Source: Mesotaenium endlicherianum (Eukaryota). Taken from it: a DNA stretch of 58,463 bases. Position numbers and translations under genes: made by a program. Below the pieces are notes generated by a model, which did not search any database, had not been told where the DNA came from, and worked only from the letters and a program-made list of their open reading frames with translations. This document shows, piece after piece, positions 52,228 through 58,463 of this stretch (positions within the stretch are counted from its first letter, which is position 1; each line of letters begins with the position of its first letter). The stretch is from the NCBI GenBank assembly GCA_009602735.1, contig WELA01002258.1, positions 1 to 58,463 on the forward strand, read 5' to 3'.

Positions 52228-55200
52228 GCTAGAGATAGTGAGTCGTCACTAGCTGCCCTCGTAGCAGGTATTATGGGTCCTGCTGAACTGGATTCACTAT
52301 GCATGCCTGACAAACAGATAAAGGAGACCATCAGTAATATAGACGTCCAGAGAGTGCACACTCTGGATGCTCTTGTTCCACCTGATGTCCAACATTTCTT
52401 TGCTACGTCAGGAGAACAATGCGAAAGTCAGGAAAAGACAGTCCCCCCTATCCTACTGCATTGCATGATTGCAGGTAGGAAGGTGAGGGCATTTGTTGAC
52501 GGAGGGGCGTCACATACTTTTATTCACAAGGACTTAGTTAAGCGGCTAAGGCTGCCTACTGTCACCCAAGGGAATAGAAAAATATTCCTTGGAGATGCCT
52601 CAAGTATCCCGGGAGGAGTTATAACCAAGCCTATTGAGGTCCAGTTAGGTTCTGGCATTGCAGTTCTAACTGAAACGCTTACATTTGAGGTACTCAACAC
52701 TGGCTTTTATGATCTCGTGCTAGGCAGGTCCTGGCTTAATAGACATCAAGCTGAAGTGTGTTGGAGCAGAGGTACAGTTAAAGTGAGAGGAGCCAGTGAT
52801 GGGCAGACTGACTTGGCACCCACCAGTGCTCTTCCTCTTGTCCTGTGTGGATGGCAAATGAAGGAAAAGAAGAGGCTTCCAGAAGGATGCAAGTTGCTGA
52901 ATGCAATGGAGTTCGTCAAAAGCTGGAACCAGAAGGAAGACAGAATGTTCTGTCTGCTGCTAAGAGAGGTACCTCCTCAACCTGAAGAAGTGGTTGAGAA
53001 AAAGGTAAGCCCTCCGGAGCACCCTACTGCTGCAAAAATTGTTGCTCAGTACACGGATGTATTTAATATGCCTCCAGGACTACCCCCTAAGAGGGAAGGA
53101 GATCATAGGATTGATTTATTACCTGGGAGTCAACCACCCTGGCAACGCACTTATGGCTTGTCTTATGTGGAGAGCAAGGAGTTGAAAACACAGATACCAG
53201 AGCTTGAGGATAATGGTTATTTTTCTCCCAGTAAATCACCTTACAGCGCACCCATCCTATTTGTTAAGAAATATGATGGCAATATGCAAATGTGTGTGGA
53301 TTGCAGAGCTGTGAACAGAATTACAGTAAAAAACAAGTATGCTTTACCCAGTCTCGTGCTAAGGTGTTCAGTAAGATAGATCTCAAGAGTGGTTATCATC
53401 AAATCAGAATTGCTGAGGGGGATGAACACAAGACTGCCCTCCGCACACGTTATGGACACCATGAGTTCAACGTGATGCCATTTGGACTGACTAATGCTCT
53501 TGCAACCTTCATGGGTGCTATGAATGACATTTTCACGCCTTATATGGACAAGTTTGTGCAAGTTTTCCTGGATGATATTTTAATATTCTCTAAAGATGAA
53601 GCTCAGCACACTGAACACTTAAAGAGACTCCTGGACACTCTGAGAAAAAATCACTTATATGCTAAAATGAGCAAGTGTGATTTCTTTAAAGAAAGTATTG
53701 AATTCTTAGGCCACGTTGTCAGTAAGGAGGGCATCAGTGTGGATCCTAAGAAAGTCCAGACCATAAGGGACTGGCCAGTACCACGGTCTGTCTCTAAAGT
53801 TAGATCCTTCCTCGGGTTGGTTAATTACTATAGGAAATTTATTGAGAATTACTCTACAAAGGCCAGTAAATTGACTGACCTTATTAAGAAGGACATAGGG
53901 TATGTGTGGGGGGAATAGCAGCAGGCTGCCTTCCAGACCCTTAAAGATGCTCTTTATTCTGCCCCAGTGCTAGCCGTGTATGACCCCAGCAAACCGGTGC
54001 AGGTGGTTACTGATGCCTCTGACTTTGCCATGGGTGCTATTTTGTTGCAGCCTGCTGACAAAACCAGAAAGGATGGTAAGGTACGGCAGGAGTGGCATCC
54101 TGTGTTGTATGAGTCTATGAAATTTAATCCAGCGGAGATTAATTACTCAGTGCATGATAAAGAGCTGCTAGCTATCATTCATGTACTCAAACAGTGGAGA
54201 GCATACTTACATGGTAAAGCTTTTAAGGTGATTACAGATCATCTAGCTCTGACCCACTTTCAGAAGAAGTCCAAGCTGTCGAGGAGGGAGAACCGCTGGA
54301 GCCAGATGCTGGAGCAGTTCCAAGTCCAGATCGACTACAAACCAGGGAAGTTGAATCCTGCTGATGCACTCTCTAGAAGACCTGACTTGCAAGAAAGAAA
54401 CTTTAGTCAGCATGCTGTAGATAAAGTCCTGTGTGCACTCACTTCATTAAAGGTGAAAAAGTCCTTCCTTGAACAACTTAGGAAAGCCTACCTTTCTGAC
54501 CCAACATTTGAGCCCAGCCCCACTATTGGTGTGTGTCGTGCTACTGCACTCGGGTATAAGCTTAGGGGAGGGGTCTGGGTGACTGAAACCACTTCAGGCA
54601 GGCTGAAGCTGGTCATTCCTAATAACTTGGAAATAAGGTCCCTTTTATTGAGTCAAGCACATGACAGTTTACTGGGTGGGCATTTGGGGCAGGCCAAAAC
54701 TGTTGGCAAACTGGCAAAACATTATCATTGGGAGGGGTTGCCCCGGGAGGTCTTGAAATATGTGAAATCCTGTGATCAGTGTCAAAGAAATAAGTCTAGG
54801 CACACACCCCCGGGAGGTCTCTTGCAACTGCTGCCCATCCCAGCGGGCCGCTGGGAAACTATATCCATGAATTGGGTGGTCACACTACCACGAACTGCGA
54901 ATGGGCATGATTTGATACTAGTAGTCGTGGATAAATTGACAAAAATGGTCATTTTCATCCCCACAACTGTCAAGGTAACTGCGCTCGAAACAGCGAGACA
55001 ATTCTACAACCATGTAGTATGCCAACATGGACTACCCTCTTATATCATCTCAGACCGAGACTCGAAATTTACCTCTAAGTTCTGGAGAGCTTCAATGGGG
55101 TTAATGGGAGTCAAACAGCTGCTCAGCACAGCAAAGCACCCTCAGACTGATGGGCAGACTGAAAGAACTAACCGAGTTCTGCAGGAGGTGCTGAGAGCAT

Positions 55201-55964
55201 ATATTAACCAAAAACAAGATAATTGGGATGACCTGTTGCCGCAAATTCAGTTTGCGGTCAACAGTGCGGTGCACGCGTCAACGGGCAAGACTCCTTTTGA
55301 ACTCAGCTTGGGTAGAGTCCCTAAGTCTCATTTAGATGTACTGGGGGAGTCTTTAACTCACCCTGAAGGGATTGACAATCCGGTCTCCCTTGAGTTAACT
55401 CAGGAGTTTGCTGACACCCTGTCAGAAGTCCAACAAAACCTGCACAAAGCTCAAGAAAACCAAAAATAATACGCTAATCAACACCGTCGGGAGCTGACAT
55501 TTTCTAAGGGCGATTTAGTCAAACTGCATTCCCAGCACCTGTACCTCCCTGGTGTGGTCAAGAAAAAGCTTGGCCCCGTCTGGGTTGGTCCATATTCGGT
55601 GGTACGTCGTGTCGGTCAGAATGCTTACAAACTGAACATGTCAGCGGACTACAAGGGTCACCCGGTCTTTAATGTCTCCTTCCTGGAACCATACATCACA
55701 GGTGATACACTGTTCACAGGTCGGTTACCTGTCCAACCGGGACCGGTCCCCGCTGTCCAGGACGGCGACCCTGAGGAATATGAGGTCGATGAGATTTTAG
55801 ACGTTCGCTTGGTCCGTCGATCGTCTAAATATGTCATGAAGTATCTCATCCGATGGAAGGGTTACGATGCCTCTGGGGACACTCGGGTGTTTAAAGACCA
55901 GCTGACCAATGCCAAAGGGGCGTTAAAACGGTTCCACCTTCGGGCGGCTGGGACACCGCCCTAA
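52186..55964 (+). pseudogene. pol: pol (PR-RT-RH-IN-chromodomain) with a frameshifting deletion near 53350 and stops at 53916 and 55467
   Basis: [55 protein letters not shown]; chromodomain EEYEVDEIL..YLIRWKGY. Confidence 0.92.
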
Positions 55965-56314
55965 CTGTCTATTCAATAGACATGGGAAGGTGACAAGAGG
56001 TCTTGTCTCCATATAAGTTGGAGGGGGATGTGACAGTTAGTGACAGTTGTGACAGGCAGCCCACCTTTAAAATTAAGTTGGAGGGAGTGGTATTCTATTT
56101 CGGGATCAACCGGAAAATCTCTAATAACCATATCACACACTCACCCTGCGTTCACACTCACTTTCTCTCTAACTCAATTTTCCCTTATATTCACTCATAC
56201 CAGGTATTTCACACTAGGAACTCCCTTGATCGCGTTCCTCTTCATCAAGGGCACTCAGTAGCGGCAAAATATCATGACCTCACTAACTGCATTGTGTTTT
56301 TATGATTGAGCAGG

Positions 56315-57540
56315 ATGACTCAAAAGTCGGAACTCAAGAGGAAGAGAAGGGCTGAAGAGGCACATGCAAAATACTTGCAATTCCGTGGAGACATCGAATC
56401 ATCCTCCATCTCCGCTCGGGAATCACGACTCCAACAATAGCGGGAGGCACAAAAGAAGGAGGAGGAGGAACAGGCCAGACTGAGGCAGGAAGAACTGGAC
56501 AGAAAAGCTGCACAGGAAGCCAAGAAAGCAGAGGAGGAGAGGCAAGCTGAGGAGAGGCGGAAGCATCAGGCTGAAGAAGAGTAGAGGAGAATCAGCAGCT
56601 ACCGCTACACAGTACTGGGCAAGGGCTTCGATCTACTGGAGGAGGCCTTCAAGTATGCTCAGAGAAGTCGCAGTGAGTCACAGAAGGACATCCTCCAGAG
56701 AGAAGGAGAGACATCCGAAAACTTTGACAAGTATATAGAGGCCAGCACGGGGCACCTCCTCTACCACGATTACGCCAGGATGGTAGGATATACGGTCATA
56801 GAGGCCAAGGCAATGGCCCAGGTGAACGAAGCAGGGGTTGTATCGGTTCCTGGTATCTGGGGGGAAGATAGGGTCATCAGGATGATCCCCATGGACGCGG
56901 ACAGCTTTAAGGACTCTACATCCCATAACAGGTTCAAGGCCACGTATAATGAGGTGGAGAGAAGGAGCTGGGAATTCTTGGCCAAGGAAACCAGTCAGCT
57001 GGACTTTGCAGGGCACTGGTACCCTTGTACTCTTAAAAAGACAGACCCTGCCTTCTTCCAAAAGCGCACCAATTGGCGGTGGATGACCATCAACATGAGG
57101 GACCAGCAGAATGACAGGGCGACGGATGAGGATTTCCTGACAGACCTATAGGGGAACATAGTATTGCCCCCTCACATTGCTGCTTGGGACCCAAGATTGG
57201 ATGGAGTCAGAGACTGCATGAGCCAAGAGATGCAGGGGGACAGAAGCAGGGCCCGAGAGTCATTCTCAAAAGGGAAGCACGCTTATGCCAAATGGGCAAG
57301 TAAGCAGGGGGGAAAGGACCTCTATGCGATACGGACTCAGCAGCCCCCACCAGCACCCAAAAGGGGAAGGTCAGTAGGATATTCTTTTCTCGGGAAGAGC
57401 TGGAGCAGTTGACAGAAGAGACCCCAGAAGTCTCAGAGGAACCTGGGGACGGAGAGGAGGAGGAGTCAGAGGAAGACGAGGAGGAAGGCGAGGAAGAGGA
57501 CACTAGCCCCGCCGTGATCCTGACACCTGCCACATCCCCC
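56315..57540 (+). pseudogene. Degenerate ~400-codon ORF of unknown function (coiled-coil N-terminus, acidic tail)
   Basis: One frame from ATG 56315 to 57412, broken only by TAGs at 56438, 56582 and 57149. A Glu-rich tail continues in a shifted frame. Confidence 0.55.
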
Positions 57541-58463
57541 GGTACCTCCTCAACCTGAAGAAGTGGTTGAGAAAAAGGTAAGCCCTCCGGAGCACCCTAC
57601 TGCTGCAAAAATTGTTGCTCAGTATACGAATAAGTTTAATATGCCTCCAGGACTACCCCCTAAGAGGGAAGTAGATCATAAGATTGATTTATTACCTGGT
57701 AGTCAGCCACCCTGGCAACGCACGTATGGCTTGTCTTATGTGGAGAGCGAGGAGTTGAAAACACAGATTGCAGAGCTTGAGGAAAATGGTTATATTTCTC
57801 CCAGTAAATCACCAAACGGCGCACCCATCCTATTTGTTAAAAAAAAGGATGGCAGTATGCAGATGTATGTGGATTATAGAGCCCTGAACGGAATTACCGT
57901 AAAGAACAAGTACGCTTTACCCAGAAACGAGGACTTGCTTCATACCCTGTCTGGTGCTAAGGTGTTCAGTAAGATAGATCTCAAGAGTGGTTATCATCAA
58001 ATCAGAATTGCTGAGGGGGATGAACACAAGACTGCCTTCCGCACACGTTATGGACACTATGAGTTCAACGTGATGCCATTTGGACTGACTAATGCTCCTA
58101 CTACCTTCATGGGTGCTATGAATGATATTTTCAGACCTTATTTGGATAAGTTTGTGCAAGTTTTCCTGGATGATATTTTAGTTTTCTCTAAAGATGAAGC
58201 TCAGCACACTAAACACTTACAGATTGTCCTAGACACTCTACGGCAAAATCATTTATATGCTAAAATGAGCAAGTGTGATTTCTCTAAAGAATTCTTAGGC
58301 CACGTTGTCAGTAAAGAGGGCATCAGTGTGGATCCTAAGAAAGTCCAGACCATAAGGGACTGGCCAGTACCACAATCTGTCTCTGAAGTTAGATCCTTCC
58401 TTGGGTTGGCTAACTACTATAGAAGATTTATTGAGAATTATTCCACAAAGGCCAGTAAACTGA
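57541..58463 (+). mobile_element. Second copy of the chromovirus pol (RT) fragment, running off the window
   Basis: Closely matches 52968-~53877 and retains the segment deleted in the first copy near 53350. Confidence 0.92.

Larger units (their letters stand above)
49972..56030 (+). mobile_element. Chromovirus-type Ty3/Gypsy element nested in B copy 2; no matching 3' LTR seen
   Basis: 5' LTR, iMet-type PBS, gag, PR (FVDGGA), RT (FLDD), RH, IN, GPY motif, chromodomain, PPT-like ggaggggga at ~56020. Confidence 0.92.

Overview
Eukaryotic, repeat-rich window with GT-AG introns, microsatellites and two assembly gaps. A plant-type receptor kinase and GC-rich exons suggest a streptophyte green alga (inference). 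It holds one host gene: a minus-strand, intron-rich receptor-like kinase with about 10 tandem malectin domains (five CrRLK1L-like double modules), ~8.1-23.4 kb. The rest is mostly Ty3/Gypsy retrotransposons. Three elements from two families (1-7.2 kb, 25.9-38.7 kb, 39.9-50.0 kb) carry a DNMT3-like C5 cytosine methyltransferase between protease and RT; the two with an intact 3' end also have a PHD finger on the integrase. The most complete copy lacks normal LTRs and instead has split, permuted repeats (X1-internal-PPT-Y1-X2-Y2) around a palindromic CA-GC-TG site. This layout resembles tyrosine-recombinase retroelements, yet the element encodes a DDE integrase. Both copies of that family share an in-frame TAG just before RT, in a readthrough-like context (exact CARYYA in one). 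Also present: two solo LTRs with 5-bp TSDs, a chromovirus with a -1 frameshift signal, a degenerate ORF downstream of it, and a second pol fragment. All domain calls come from reading motifs by eye; no searches were run.
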